Below, one piece after another: positions 20,572 through 31,506 of a DNA stretch of 64,000 bases. Under the pieces are notes generated by a model. That model saw only the letters and a list, made by a program, of their open reading frames with translations. It was not told where the DNA came from and searched no databases. Within the stretch, counting starts at the first letter, position 1. Each line of letters begins with the position of its first letter. The position numbers and the translations under genes are program-made. Source of the stretch: Candidatus Latescibacterota bacterium (GTDB lineage Bacteria; Latescibacterota; UBA2968; SICM01); assembly GCA_965217865.1 (NCBI GenBank), contig CBDCJO010000002.1, forward strand, positions 1,920,001-1,984,000, read 5' to 3'.

Positions 20572-21752
20572 GAGGGCCGTTACAGGGAATTAGAGTGCTC
20601 GACCTCAGCAGGGTCCTCGCAGGCCCGTTTGCATCGATGATCCTAGCGGACCTCGGGGCTGAGGTGATAAAAATTGAAATGCCCGGAGTGGGGGATGAAT
20701 CGAGAGGGTTTGGACCGTTTGTCCAGGGGGACAGCGCCTACTTCATAAGCATCAACAGGGGGAAGAAAAGCCTCACGGTGGACCTTTCCCATCCCAAAGG
20801 GGCTGCGGTTGTTCGACGTCTTGCGCGACGGTGCGATGTTCTGATCGAAAATTTTCGGCCGGGAACGATGGACCGGTTCGGCCTGGGTTCGGAAACATTG
20901 AAGGAGGACAACCCAGGCCTCGTCTACGCATCATTGTCCGGTTTCGGGCAGACCGGACCTTATTCACAACGACCGGCATATGACGTCATCATCCAGGGAA
21001 TGAGCGGCATCGCGAGCATCACGGGAAATCCAGGGGAACCCCCCATTAGAGTGGGGAACTCCATCGCCGATCTGTCCGCCTCACTTTTCTCGGTTATCGG
21101 GATCACAACCGCCCTGTACGATCGTGGAAAAAGAGGGGGAGGACGCACGATCGATGTGGCCATGCTCGACTGCCAGGTAGCCCTTCTGGAGAACGCTGTC
21201 GCCCGCTACGTCGTTGACGGAAAAGTACCCGGCCCCCTCGGATCACGACATCCAAGTATCACCCCATTCCAGTTCTTCGAGGCATCGGATGGATATCTCG
21301 TGGTCGGGGCAGGCAACCAGAACCTCTGGGGAAAGCTTTGTCACGCCTTAGATCTGGATGATCTGACCGACGATCCCCGATTTGAGGACAACGCGAAACG
21401 AACGGAGAACTGCGACGGCCTCGCACCGATCCTGACCGCCAGGTTCCGAACCCGATCCGTTTCCGACTGGCTCCAGACTCTGGAGAAAGCGGGGGTCCCG
21501 TGCGGACCGATCAACCGGGTCGATCAGGTGGTGAACGACCGACACGTAAAAGCCCGTGACATGATCGTAGAGACAGGCCATTCGGGTTCGGAAAAAATCA
21601 AAGTGCCCGGTTCCCCTCTAAAATTCAATGGGGCGAAAGATTCCCCGCGACCACCCCCTCGACTCGGTGAGCATACAGCGGAAATCCTCCGGGACCTGAT
21701 CGGTTTATCGGATAAAGAGATCGATGAACTTCGAGCGGAGAAAGTAATTTGA
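20568..21752 (+). CDS. CaiB/BaiF family III CoA transferase
   Basis: LDLSRVLAGP, NRGKKS, ENFRPG, PAYD, PPRLGEHT; ATGA overlap with upstream stop. Confidence 0.93.
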   Translation: MRGPLQGIRVLDLSRVLAGPFASMILADLGAEVIKIEMPGVGDESRGFGPFVQGDSAYFISINRGKKSLTVDLSHPKGAAVVRRLARRCDVLIENFRPGTMDRFGLGSETLKEDNPGLVYASLSGFGQTGPYSQRPAYDVIIQGMSGIASITGNPGEPPIRVGNSIADLSASLFSVIGITTALYDRGKRGGGRTIDVAMLDCQVALLENAVARYVVDGKVPGPLGSRHPSITPFQFFEASDGYLVVGAGNQNLWGKLCHALDLDDLTDDPRFEDNAKRTENCDGLAPILTARFRTRSVSDWLQTLEKAGVPCGPINRVDQVVNDRHVKARDMIVETGHSGSEKIKVPGSPLKFNGAKDSPRPPPRLGEHTAEILRDLIGLSDKEIDELRAEKVI

Positions 21753-21780
21753 AAGCACGGAATAAAAACTTTGGATCTCA

Positions 21781-22077
21781 GTGGAATATAGTGGAACCTG
21801 TCTTCTCGATTGACACCCGGACTTCGAGCTAAATCGAAAAGCCGAGACTAAAGTCATGGCTTCTTTCAGCGCCAACGGCGCGTTGTCCCTCAACCCAGGG
21901 CATCGCCCTGGGCCGGAAAAATACTATAGCGTCGTGCGGCCTGAAGGACCGCGATAATTTCACATCGCCATGACCTAATCCCTGTCGCGCATCCTGATTC
22001 ATTTGAGACGGTATCGAGTGGCCTACGTATGAACGGTATGTGTGGGATTGATCCGGATCGCGGACCGTTGGACCGCT
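21781..22077 (+). mobile_element. non-autonomous IS200/IS605(Y1)-derived mini element, copy A
   Basis: ~295-bp repeat shared with 28108-28404; REP-like CCCAGGGCATCGCCCTGGG; degenerate mini-frame MT*SLSRILIHLRRYRVAY/ERYVWD at 21970-22051. Confidence 0.75.
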
Positions 22078-22203
22078 GATGTGTCGCCTCACAGAACATC
22101 GCTTTCCGCCGAAAACTAGGAAGATCCAAAACTTTCGATCTTGATCGCTTCTGAATTCCGACTCCTGTATTCTGTATTCCTGTGGGATGGGAGGTGATGC
22201 ACA

Positions 22204-23034
22204 ATGCCCTTCGGACATCGTACCCTGAGCATCGCACACCGTGGGGCGTCCGGGATGGCCCCTGAGAACACCCTCGCCGCGATCGACCGGGCAATCAAGC
22301 TCGGCGTCGACCTGGTCGAGATAGATCTCCGCGTCACCGGGGACGGACGATTGGTGGTCATACACGATTCGACTGTGGACCGGACGACGAACGGCCACGG
22401 GGCTGTCAAGGATATCACGCTCGAGGAAATCCGAAAGCTGAAAGCAGGCGCGTGGTTCGATCCTCCTTTTTCCCGCGAGCGGGTTCCCATACTCGAAGAG
22501 GTGCTGGACCTTACCCGAAAAAACGCCCTTCTCCTTGTCGAGATCAAGGCCAAAGCCATATCCGGCCTTTTGGTCGAGGCCATAAAAGAACTCAAGGCGA
22601 GTGAAGAAGTGGTCGTGCAGTCTTTCCACCCGGATTCGATCCAGCAAGTCCGAGAACTCGAACCCCGAATCCCGGCTGCCCTCCTGGTAGGTCGATTTCC
22701 TGTGGGTCACACCCGTTGGCGGGGACGCACCCTGGTAAAAAATTCCCTTGCCGTAGGGGCCAACGCCCTCGCGATTTCCCATCACGCGGTGACGCCCTCC
22801 CTCGTCGAGGAGGTCCATCTGAGGGGATTGGCCCTGTGGACCTGGACCGTTGACGAAGAGATGGCCATGCAGAAGATGATCCAGACCGGCGCCGACGGCA
22901 TTATCACGAATCATCCCGATCGACTGCATCGGCTCCTCACCGGGGAAGTCGTTGTTCCCCCAAAGCGCCTTTTTCGACGGCGGGATACAAAAAATAAAAT
23001 AAGCATATGGCGAAAACGACGATTGGCCAAATAG
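22204..23034 (+). CDS. glycerophosphodiester phosphodiesterase
   Basis: IAHRGASGMAPENT, VEIDL, IHD, WTVD, DGIITNHP. Confidence 0.93.
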   Translation: MPFGHRTLSIAHRGASGMAPENTLAAIDRAIKLGVDLVEIDLRVTGDGRLVVIHDSTVDRTTNGHGAVKDITLEEIRKLKAGAWFDPPFSRERVPILEEVLDLTRKNALLLVEIKAKAISGLLVEAIKELKASEEVVVQSFHPDSIQQVRELEPRIPAALLVGRFPVGHTRWRGRTLVKNSLAVGANALAISHHAVTPSLVEEVHLRGLALWTWTVDEEMAMQKMIQTGADGIITNHPDRLHRLLTGEVVVPPKRLFRRRDTKNKISIWRKRRLAK

Positions 23035-23205
23035 AGCCTTTTCTTAACCAAGTCTCCATAGAAAAAAACTTCGTTCAACCCCAAAGTTATCCCATCTCCT
23101 TGCCGATATAATAGTTAGACCAATCGGTACCACTTACCCTGGGCCCTTCCTGATCTATCGATCTGGAGGGGCTTAATTATTTGTAGTAACATATACATAC
23201 GCAAG

Positions 23206-23235
23206 AAAAAACCCGGATTTTCTTCAGTCCGGGTT
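23206..23235 (-). terminator. intrinsic terminator after hemL
   Basis: AACCCGGA...TCCGGGTT hairpin with T-tract on the minus strand. Confidence 0.65.
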
Positions 23236-23295
23236 ATGTTCATTAACTTTAATAATCATAAATATTTATATCGATTCGTCCCTCGAAGGAAGAGA

Positions 23296-24585
23296 TTACG
23301 AAAAAACCGCCTTCATTGAATCGTGATGGGCTTCTATTGTCTTCGATAGGTCCTCCTCGGAATGAGCAAGTGACACGAAACCGGCCTCAAACTGAGACGG
23401 GGCTATGTAGATCCCCCTTTTGAGCATCTCTCTGAAGTACCGGGAAAAGATCTCGGTATTGGCCGAACTAGCCGATGTGTAATCCACAACAGGCCCCGAA
23501 GTACAAAACATCGTGGCCATGGATCCCACTCGATTAAAACAGACGCTGGCCCCGATCTTTCGGGCGTTCTCTTGCATTCCCGCGGATAGGAACCGGGCTT
23601 TCTTCTCCAGGGCCTCATACACCCCTGGCCTCTTGAGATGTTGCAGCACCGTGTGGCCAGCCCTCATCGCCAGCGGATTTCCCGAGAGCGTCCCGGCCTG
23701 GGAAACGCGTTTCCCGAGGGGCGAGATATGGTTCATGATCGCTCTTTTGCCGCCGAACGCCCCAACAGGCAAACCGCCTCCGATGATCTTACCCAGCGTC
23801 GTAAGATCCGGCACCACCCCGTAGCGTTCCTGCGCACCCCCCGGAGCAAGACGAAATCCGGTAATCACCTCATCGAAGATGAGCACGATGCCCGTCGCCT
23901 CAGTAATCTCGCGCAGCCCCGCCAAAAAACCCTCCTTCGGCGGAACGACCCCCATATTTCCCGCAACCGGTTCCACGATAATCGCCGCGATCTGCCCCTT
24001 GTTCTTCGAAACGATCTCCTCGACGGCCTCGATGTCGTTATAGGGCGCATTGAGCGTCGTCTGAGCGATGCCCTGGGGCACACCCGGACTGTCAGGTACG
24101 CCCAGGGTCAGCGCTGAGGACCCCGCTCGGACCAGGAAACTGTCCGCGTGCCCGTGCCAGCAGCCCTCAAACTTGATAACCTTGGGACGGTCCGTGTATC
24201 CCCGGGCTAGGCGGACGGCCGACATGGTCGCCTCTGTTCCGGAGTTGACCATCCGTACCATCTCGACCGAGGGCACCATCTCGACCACCAGGCGCGCCAT
24301 CTGAACTTCGATCTCCGTGGGAGCTCCAAAGCTTGTTCCGGAATCACACGCGTCCTGGAGGGCTGAAATTACATCCGGATGGGCGTGGCCCAGGATCAAG
24401 GGACCCCAGGACCCGACATAATCGATATATTCGTTACCGTCTTCGTCGATGATCCGGGAGCCCTCTCCCCGCGCGATAAACAGAGGATCCCCCCCGACCG
24501 GCCCAAACGCACGGGCGGGACTGTTTACTCCGCCCGGGATGATTTTCTGCGCCTCTGCGAACAGTTTTTGAGAACGTTCCGTCAC
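23296..24585 (-). CDS. hemL: glutamate-1-semialdehyde 2,1-aminomutase
   Basis: [48 protein letters not shown]; GTG start after AGGAG. Confidence 0.96.
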   Translation of the reverse strand: MTERSQKLFAEAQKIIPGGVNSPARAFGPVGGDPLFIARGEGSRIIDEDGNEYIDYVGSWGPLILGHAHPDVISALQDACDSGTSFGAPTEIEVQMARLVVEMVPSVEMVRMVNSGTEATMSAVRLARGYTDRPKVIKFEGCWHGHADSFLVRAGSSALTLGVPDSPGVPQGIAQTTLNAPYNDIEAVEEIVSKNKGQIAAIIVEPVAGNMGVVPPKEGFLAGLREITEATGIVLIFDEVITGFRLAPGGAQERYGVVPDLTTLGKIIGGGLPVGAFGGKRAIMNHISPLGKRVSQAGTLSGNPLAMRAGHTVLQHLKRPGVYEALEKKARFLSAGMQENARKIGASVCFNRVGSMATMFCTSGPVVDYTSASSANTEIFSRYFREMLKRGIYIAPSQFEAGFVSLAHSEEDLSKTIEAHHDSMKAVFS

Positions 24586-24752
24586 ATCCGGCTCCTGTAA
24601 AGGCCGTCGCTCGTGATTCGTCGTTTGCGATTCGGGACCCTCGAACTTCATTGAATATTGAATATCGGAGAATTGAATATTTGAAAAACTCAGGACTTTC
24701 TTGGCTATATGGATCTTCGATATTCAATCTTCAATCGTCGATCTTCAATTTT

Positions 24753-24902
24753 CCTCTGGCCTTATGCCAAAAGTTGTACGACCGGTCTCCAGACCGGGAA
24801 CTGGCTCTGAAGTGCCCAGATCCCTTCACATGCGATTTTCCCTTGGCTTATGTCCTTATTCCCCGACTGGAGTCTCCCACAAATCTAAGGGATTATTCCA
24901 TT
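24753..24902. repeat. REP-doublet (REPIN-like) dispersed repeat, copy 2
   Basis: Aligns by eye with 15911-16069 (GACCGGTCTCCAGACCGGGAAC...CCTTATTCCCCGACTGGAGTC...CCCACAAATCTAAGGGA). Confidence 0.8.
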
Positions 24903-25092
24903 ACCTATTAATTCGTCGTCCAACAATGCTCCCTCACCCCACCTCGCAAGCTCATGTCTCCCTTCGGTTCTCGCGATGTCGTTCCTGCCACTGCCACCTG
25001 CCACTGCTTTCCCTGATCTCCAGCCTCTGACCACTGGCCCCTCACTTTTGCATTTTCCACTTTCAATTTTCCATTTTCCATTTCCATGGCCT

Positions 25093-26118
25093 CTATGCTG
25101 TTCTAGACAGCGTGTCTTCATACACGCGGTAACGGGGAGCCTCTCCCCTAAGGATCCGCAGGCATTCATCCACAGCGTATTGCCCCATCCGTCGCAGTTC
25201 CATCCCTGAGGAGCCGGACCTGTGTGGAGATAGCCAGCAGTTTGGCAGGCCATAAAACGGATGATCCGCCTCGGGCGGTTCGGGATGGACCACATCCAGC
25301 ATGGCATAGATCCGGCCCTTCTCGAGCTCAGCGACCAGGTCCGCTTCACACACCAGCCGGCCGCGTGCGGTGTTGATCAACGTCGCACCATCTTTCATAA
25401 CCGACAGGAACTTCGCGTCGACCATGCCCTCGCACTCCGGAATATCGGGTGCGTGAAGGCTCACCACATCGCTGCGTCTCCCGAGATCATTCATGTCTAC
25501 CTTTTCGGCCCCGGCTTCCGCGATGGTTCTTTCATCAACGTGCGGATCGTGGACCAGGACCTCCAAGGCCATGGCGCGAAGACGGAAAGCGACCTCTCGC
25601 CCAATGGCACCGAAACCGATCAGCCCCACGATTGCGCGAAAATTGCCGATATGCGACGGCTCATCGGGATCCCGCCATCCATCCCGTCCTCTCGATCGAA
25701 TGTCGTCAAGGCATTGGAACCATCGTTTGTTTGCGAGGGTAATCAGAGCGACCGTGACCTCGGCAACCGGGATTGCGTTCGCGGGCTTTGCGGTGGAAAT
25801 GACAATATCCCGCTGAAACGCCTCCCGGGTAACAAATCCCTTCACCGAGCCCGCTGCATAACAGACGGCTCTCAACCGGGGGGCCTTTGCCAGAAGTTCG
25901 GAAGTGAGGCGCGGCATCCCCCAGGATCCTGTGAGAATCGTCACATCGCCCAGACAGTCCCCGATCTCCCTTAGTTCCTGTCCCTCCAGGATGCGCACTT
26001 CCGCCTCCCGGCGAAGCCTTTCCAGGGCCTGATGCGTGTAAAAACGACCGGCATCCTGGGTGGTATGCGGGATGCCGATGACATCCGCGGCTTCCCCGGA
26101 ACCTGGCTTGTCCTCCAG
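25093..26118 (-). CDS. D-isomer 2-hydroxyacid dehydrogenase family
   Basis: GLIGFGAIG, LHAP, INTARG, LDV, SPHRSG; frame stays open to a CTG 8 nt after AGGAGG. Confidence 0.88.
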   Translation of the reverse strand: MEDKPGSGEAADVIGIPHTTQDAGRFYTHQALERLRREAEVRILEGQELREIGDCLGDVTILTGSWGMPRLTSELLAKAPRLRAVCYAAGSVKGFVTREAFQRDIVISTAKPANAIPVAEVTVALITLANKRWFQCLDDIRSRGRDGWRDPDEPSHIGNFRAIVGLIGFGAIGREVAFRLRAMALEVLVHDPHVDERTIAEAGAEKVDMNDLGRRSDVVSLHAPDIPECEGMVDAKFLSVMKDGATLINTARGRLVCEADLVAELEKGRIYAMLDVVHPEPPEADHPFYGLPNCWLSPHRSGSSGMELRRMGQYAVDECLRILRGEAPRYRVYEDTLSRTA

Positions 26119-26237
26119 CTTACTTCCCTCCTGTAAATTAAATCCTGAAGGGGATCACTTAACAAAGTTCTCGTGGACCGTATCTCGAAAACCATTTAAT
26201 TTTCGCTTCACGCTTCACGAGAACGATTCACTGCTCT

Positions 26238-26969
26238 CTAGCTATAAACCTGCGATACAGGCTTGATGATCAACTCAGGGACACAGACCCTTGACGGGAG
26301 GCCGGCTACGAACAAAGCTGCGGTCGCCACATCCTCAGGCTGGAGGATTCGAGCCCGATGTTCAGAACCCACCGGTTCCGGCCGCTGTTCGAGAATCGGT
26401 GTCTCCACCTCTCCGGGACATAGGGCACACGCGCGGATCCCATAATCCCTCTCCTCTTCGTTGATCAGATGATTCAACGCAATCATCCCGTGCTTGGAGG
26501 CCGCATAGGCCGCACCCCCCAGCTTGCCGGCCCTGAGACCTGCAATCGACGATACATTAATAATCAAGCCGTCCTTTCGTGCCCGCATCCCGGGGAGGAC
26601 CGCCCGTACACAGTTGAACGCACCCGTCAGATTTATCGCGATCGTGCGGTCCCAGTCAACTGGCTCCACTTCGGCGACAGATCTGGGATTCGTGTTGATT
26701 CCCGCGTTGTTGACAAGAACGTGGACCGCGCCGAAACGATCCTCCACCCCCCGAACCACCTCGTTCACGGCGGAACGATCAGAGACATCGCACGAACAGG
26801 CCATTGCGTTGTCTTCGGGCATCCCTGCGACAGCCTCATCAAGTTTTTCCCTCCTCCGGCCCACAAAGGCCACCAGGGCACCCTCATTCACGAAACCCCG
26901 GGCGATCCCCTTTCCGATGCCCGTGCCCGCACCCGTCACGATGACAACAGTGCCTTTAAAGCGACTCAT
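26238..26969 (-). CDS. SDR family oxidoreductase
   Basis: TGAGTGIG, NNAG, YAASK. Confidence 0.93.
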   Translation of the reverse strand: MSRFKGTVVIVTGAGTGIGKGIARGFVNEGALVAFVGRRREKLDEAVAGMPEDNAMACSCDVSDRSAVNEVVRGVEDRFGAVHVLVNNAGINTNPRSVAEVEPVDWDRTIAINLTGAFNCVRAVLPGMRARKDGLIINVSSIAGLRAGKLGGAAYAASKHGMIALNHLINEEERDYGIRACALCPGEVETPILEQRPEPVGSEHRARILQPEDVATAALFVAGLPSRVCVPELIIKPVSQVYS

Positions 26970-27017
26970 CCGTCAAACCCTTACGCATCATGTGTGCAAA
27001 ACCCGACTCTACTCCGG

Positions 27018-27458
27018 TCATTCGATCTGATCGATCCTCCGCTGGTGGCGTTCTCCTGCGAACGGGGTGGACAGCCAAGTTTGAACGATCTCCAACGCAG
27101 TTTCCTCGGTCATCATCCTCTGGCCGATGGAGATAACGTTCGCGTCGTTATGTTCGCGTGCGAGTTCCGCCGACTTCCGATTCCAGCACACTGCGCATCG
27201 GATGCCGCGGACCTTATTGGCGACGATGGCCTCCCCATTTCCCGATCCCCCCAGGACGATGCCCAAGTCGCAGTTTCCCCTCGATACCGATTCGGCCGCA
27301 GGTCTGATGAACCCAGGATAGTCCACCGGATCCTCTGAATCCGTCCCGAAATCGGTCACCGGATAACCCCTGGATTCCAGATCCCGCTTGATGATCTCCT
27401 TATATCGAAACCCCGCGTGATCGGCCGAAACGGCGATGCGTGGCAGATCCCTTTGCAT
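27018..27458 (-). CDS. rpiB: ribose 5-phosphate isomerase B
   Basis: DHAG, VDYP, GGSGNGE, ANKVRGIR, REHNDAN, RHQRR. Confidence 0.93.
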   Translation of the reverse strand: MQRDLPRIAVSADHAGFRYKEIIKRDLESRGYPVTDFGTDSEDPVDYPGFIRPAAESVSRGNCDLGIVLGGSGNGEAIVANKVRGIRCAVCWNRKSAELAREHNDANVISIGQRMMTEETALEIVQTWLSTPFAGERHQRRIDQIE

Positions 27459-27503
27459 CTCATGCCTCAGAAGTCGAACCTTGTTTCGCGGGTTTCCCGA
27501 GCC

Positions 27504-27923
27504 TCAATTTGCCCCGGATCCCCCGGATTCTTCCTTGATGATCAAACCCACCAAAAGGCCGGCCACCGTCGCCTGGACGACGCTTCCGATAAACCAGTAA
27601 AGGGCCAGGCTGTGGGGAATCGGCATGTAGGAATACGTACCGTAGCCCATCGAAACTCCGGTGCCGAGACCGAACAGGAGCCCGTACTTCACCCCGGTGC
27701 ACGTTCCCTTTCCACCGATCAGGCAGGCATATATCAATGTGAAGAAGACAGCGGAGAGAATTCTGACAACATTCATCAACCCCATCTTCATTTCTTCCAT
27801 GGGCCGCCATAAATGGGCAGTGGCCTCATAAGTGGCACCCAGCAACCACTGGTGAATGATGAAATCCAGCACGGACCAGGCCACGAAAACGGCAAGGATC
27901 GCGAGGATGATTCTTTTTGCCAT
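27504..27923 (-). CDS. hypothetical 4-TM membrane protein
   Basis: AGGAGG RBS; four hydrophobic segments. Confidence 0.75.
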   Translation of the reverse strand: MAKRIILAILAVFVAWSVLDFIIHQWLLGATYEATAHLWRPMEEMKMGLMNVVRILSAVFFTLIYACLIGGKGTCTGVKYGLLFGLGTGVSMGYGTYSYMPIPHSLALYWFIGSVVQATVAGLLVGLIIKEESGGSGAN

Positions 27924-28107
27924 TTTTTGCCTCCTGTTGTTATCGTCCAACCTCTCGATTTTAGCCCTCACGTGACCCCGCTCAGTAAGGGTTCGGACTT
28001 TGTCGTTGAAAAACGAAAGGCGATCACCTCCACTATCTTCAAGTCCGGATACGATCGCTCAATATAAGTCTAATCGTGTGTTATGAAAAGGACATTGAAG
28101 GTTCTCC

Positions 28108-28404
28108 GTGGAATATAGTGGACCCTGTCTTCGCGATTGACACCCGGGGCTTCGAGCTAATCGAGAAACCGAGACTAAAGTCAGGGGCTTCTTTCAGCGC
28201 CAACGGCGCGTTGTTCCTCAACCCAGGGCACCGCCATGGGTCCTTGGAAAGCAATAGCGTCGTGCGGCCTGAAGGGCCGCGATAATTTCACATCTACATA
28301 CCCCAATCCCTGTCCCGCATCCTGATTCATTTGAGACGATTTCGAGTGGCCTACGATGAACGGTATGTGTGGGATTGATCCGGATCGCGGACCGTTGGCC
28401 CGCT
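28108..28404 (+). mobile_element. non-autonomous IS200/IS605(Y1)-derived mini element, copy B
   Basis: Second copy of 21781-22077; 28298-28378 reads IPQSLSRILIHL-RRFRVAYDERYVWD*; REP-like palindromes continue to ~28470. Confidence 0.78.
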
Positions 28405-28476
28405 CCAATCGTCCACATTCAAACCCAGCCCGTTGGACTGGGCCAAGGAATCACGGGCCGTTGGCCCGTCAGGCGC

Positions 28477-30261
28477 TCATCCGTCCGTGGGCTTGGAGTA
28501 GACTTTACCCATGAGGTATCCGTCTAGACTCTTGAGCGGGCGAACAACCGAATAATCATCCGCCTTACCCCTCCAGCGTGAAAGATCCTCCACGTGGCCG
28601 AGTCGCTTGACAAATCCCCATTCGCTCGCCCGGTAGTATCGATTGTAGGAGTCCCAGAACGCCAGCCCTTCCGCTCCGGCCCCATAGCATTCCAGCGCCG
28701 TTTCCAGGTACCGGCTCGGGGGCATTCGCCGGGGCGCCACGTCCGGGTAGATCTTCGTCCGGCTTCCTTCGGCAAGCTTGACGAATTCGCTCACCTGGGA
28801 CTTGACCAGGTCCCCGTCATACCGCGGCCCCTGCGCCATCGGAACGACCAGGTAGTCTACCAGCCCCTCCTTGATCCAGGCCGCCACATCCATCGCGCCG
28901 GACAGACACTGGGAAACCGTGTTCATCACGAGATAGCACGTCGGAATGTACCGGTCCTGCTGCTTGCCGACTTCATCCAGCATGGTCCGGATTTCTCTCA
29001 GGAACCGGGTGACGAAACTCGCCCGGGTCCGCTGCGCGCGCTCATCCTCCTCCCTCACGAAATGGAAGTAGAGGTCCGGGCCGTCCATGCTCATACGCCC
29101 TACATCCGCGTGCACTTCCGGAGGTTGCAGGCGACGCAGGTCCTCACCGTACTGCTCCTGAAAAGCCTGACACACCGGTTCCTCATAATAGACCAGGGGC
29201 CAGGAACGATTGAACAGGAGGTTTATCCCATCCGCCTCATAGTCCTCAACCCACTCCCTCAGAAGACGGACATAGAATTCGCGAACGCCCGGATAGGCGA
29301 AGGAAAGGTGCCTGATCGGACTCCCGTCAGGATAAGCACATCGCCAGTCCAGGTGTTCTCCGAAGAATCGGCCGCCGTGATCGTACAGAGCGTGTTCAGG
29401 TGGGAGGTTTGGACCTATGAAACGATTCTGGGGGAACAATTTGACCCCGTATTCGTGAGCGGCCTCGATCGCCGCCTTTAAGGGATCCAACCCATCCCGG
29501 ACGGCCTGATGCATATAATACCCCACACGACGTGGCGGCCTGTGGTTCTCTTCCACCATCTCGCCAACCCTCGAGGGATATAATGTCAGCGCACCGTACG
29601 ATACGGCGTAGAGAACGGCCTCGAAGTCGCTGTCCCTCATGCATTCGAACTCCCCGAGAAAATCTTCGCGGGACTGAACCCCCCACTGATTGATATTTCC
29701 CCCGTCATAGTTGGCCAGAAGCCGTTTCGTCGTCTCTTTGGGCTGTTCCGACCTCCATTCTTCCAGAGCGGGTTCATCCATCGGGATCAACCTCACATAG
29801 GCGAGGTTTGTCTCCGATTCCGCCATTCCCCCCCGATCGGGATGTGCGATTATCAGATCCTTATCGGTCAGATCCGCACATTTCCAGAGCACCTCCGAGA
29901 CGTTCGACCACGTGACGATCTTGTCGGGATACTCCCCATCCTTTTCCGGGCGGAAACTTTCCAGGCATATTCGATTGAAAACGGACTCGCCGGACAATTT
30001 TGCGCACAGGACCCGGTTGGACACGAATCCCGCCCCCCTACCATAATAGATACCCAGACGGATCGCGTGCCAACCGTTCACACCCAGCCGGATTGTGAGG
30101 GGCGGTGTGGCGTCGCCGGGAAAGGCGAAGAGCATCACACCGGGTCCAACCTCCAATTCATAATCCACAGCCTGCCAGGTGCCGTGTAATTTAACCCGGG
30201 ATACAGCTGCCCCGGGATTCGCACGCTCGTCCAGATCCCTAATCCAGACATCCTGATTCAT
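28477..30261 (-). CDS. glycoside-hydrolase-like (DUF187/GHL10-type TIM barrel) protein
   Basis: DPLKAAIEAAHEYGVKLF, LSFAYPGVR, ADGINLLFNR, MDVAAWIKEGLVDYL, GAEGLAFWD. Confidence 0.65.
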   Translation of the reverse strand: MNQDVWIRDLDERANPGAAVSRVKLHGTWQAVDYELEVGPGVMLFAFPGDATPPLTIRLGVNGWHAIRLGIYYGRGAGFVSNRVLCAKLSGESVFNRICLESFRPEKDGEYPDKIVTWSNVSEVLWKCADLTDKDLIIAHPDRGGMAESETNLAYVRLIPMDEPALEEWRSEQPKETTKRLLANYDGGNINQWGVQSREDFLGEFECMRDSDFEAVLYAVSYGALTLYPSRVGEMVEENHRPPRRVGYYMHQAVRDGLDPLKAAIEAAHEYGVKLFPQNRFIGPNLPPEHALYDHGGRFFGEHLDWRCAYPDGSPIRHLSFAYPGVREFYVRLLREWVEDYEADGINLLFNRSWPLVYYEEPVCQAFQEQYGEDLRRLQPPEVHADVGRMSMDGPDLYFHFVREEDERAQRTRASFVTRFLREIRTMLDEVGKQQDRYIPTCYLVMNTVSQCLSGAMDVAAWIKEGLVDYLVVPMAQGPRYDGDLVKSQVSEFVKLAEGSRTKIYPDVAPRRMPPSRYLETALECYGAGAEGLAFWDSYNRYYRASEWGFVKRLGHVEDLSRWRGKADDYSVVRPLKSLDGYLMGKVYSKPTDG

Positions 30262-30297
30262 GGCGCCTCCTCTTCGTGTCATTGGGAAACGAGATTA

Positions 30298-31209
30298 TCA
30301 AACCAATCCCATTTCTTCCAACGAGGGTTTCTCCCAGGCCAGGGAATAGTCCCTCCCCTCTTTTAGCGGACTGCCGCCCGGGCCATATCCCTTCAGATTG
30401 GATTTTCGATTCAGCGAGACAACGTTAGGCTCAACACCGGCCTTGGTAACTTCACACCTCAAGAAACCCAGCGCGCTTTCTCCATCGTGCCAGAGCTTCG
30501 GTCCCTCGAACGCTGTACCAGGGGCAAAATAGAACGTTATACCGTCAACCTGAACTCGGCGTTGACAATGAATGTGGGCCGTGATCACGAGTTCAGCGCC
30601 CGTCTCCTTAAACACCTGCATCATTCGGCTCCTGTGCGGCTTGTCCACCCGGTAGCCCCCCAACTGACGGCTCTTTTCAGGTTCGCGGTTAGGTTCCTGG
30701 AGCTCGTTGATAAATAACGCGGGATGAATGAACCAGGTGTGATGCGATTCTCGGAGCTCAGTTTCCTGGGCTTCGAGCCACATCCACATCTCCTCCTCTT
30801 CCTGAAGGCCCGAGCCTGCCAGAAGTGCGTCAAACGCGCTGAACCTCACGCCGCGGTGAACAAAGGTCCACTCAGTGGGACTGAACACAGATCGGAATCG
30901 ATCTACGGACGCCTGGTTAATGCTTACCTTCGATCCCTCCAGATATTTATTTCCCTCGTCGTGGTTTCCCGGGATAACGTGGTATGGAAACGGAAGGCTG
31001 TCGAGGTCCGCCTTGATCTGTTCGAGTTCGAACCTGTGGTCCATCCCGTCTCGGGTCAGGTCACCGCCCACGATGAGGAATTCCGGGTTCAGGTCGACGA
31101 TCTGCTCGCGCGCTGTTCGCCAGTTCTCGTTCCATGCCGGTTGAAACCGGTATGACCTCGGCGTGCCCACGTGAATGTCGGCGACGTACGCGAACGTCCA
31201 TGATTCCAA
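30298..31209 (-). CDS. calcineurin-like metallophosphoesterase
   Basis: DIH, GGDL, PGNHD, AHIH. Confidence 0.88.
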   Translation of the reverse strand: MESWTFAYVADIHVGTPRSYRFQPAWNENWRTAREQIVDLNPEFLIVGGDLTRDGMDHRFELEQIKADLDSLPFPYHVIPGNHDEGNKYLEGSKVSINQASVDRFRSVFSPTEWTFVHRGVRFSAFDALLAGSGLQEEEEMWMWLEAQETELRESHHTWFIHPALFINELQEPNREPEKSRQLGGYRVDKPHRSRMMQVFKETGAELVITAHIHCQRRVQVDGITFYFAPGTAFEGPKLWHDGESALGFLRCEVTKAGVEPNVVSLNRKSNLKGYGPGGSPLKEGRDYSLAWEKPSLEEMGLV

Positions 31210-31506
31210 GTGTTTGTCCTTTCAGTTAACCTGATCAGTAGATCCCTTGAAGGAGACGGCTCCTACCGAAGATCATCGCTGCGGAATCAAGGCCCTGGCA
31301 TCCGGGTTCCTGGTTCCCAACTCCCAGCCTTAGCGGCTTTCGCTTCGCTCAGCGGCGGTTTGCTGTTAACTTTGCATTTTCCATTTTAAATTTTTCATCT
31401 TGCAATTTTCGCCCGCGATCCTCCTTGTCTATTCCAGCCTAATATATTATGTTACCCGCCGCACCGCAATCCTGCATGTTCTGCCAACACTTTGGGAGGA
31501 TAACCG

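Noticed and set aside
21829-22929. 366-aa minus-strand ORF
   Set aside because: Antisense shadow of the phosphodiesterase running into the repeat element.
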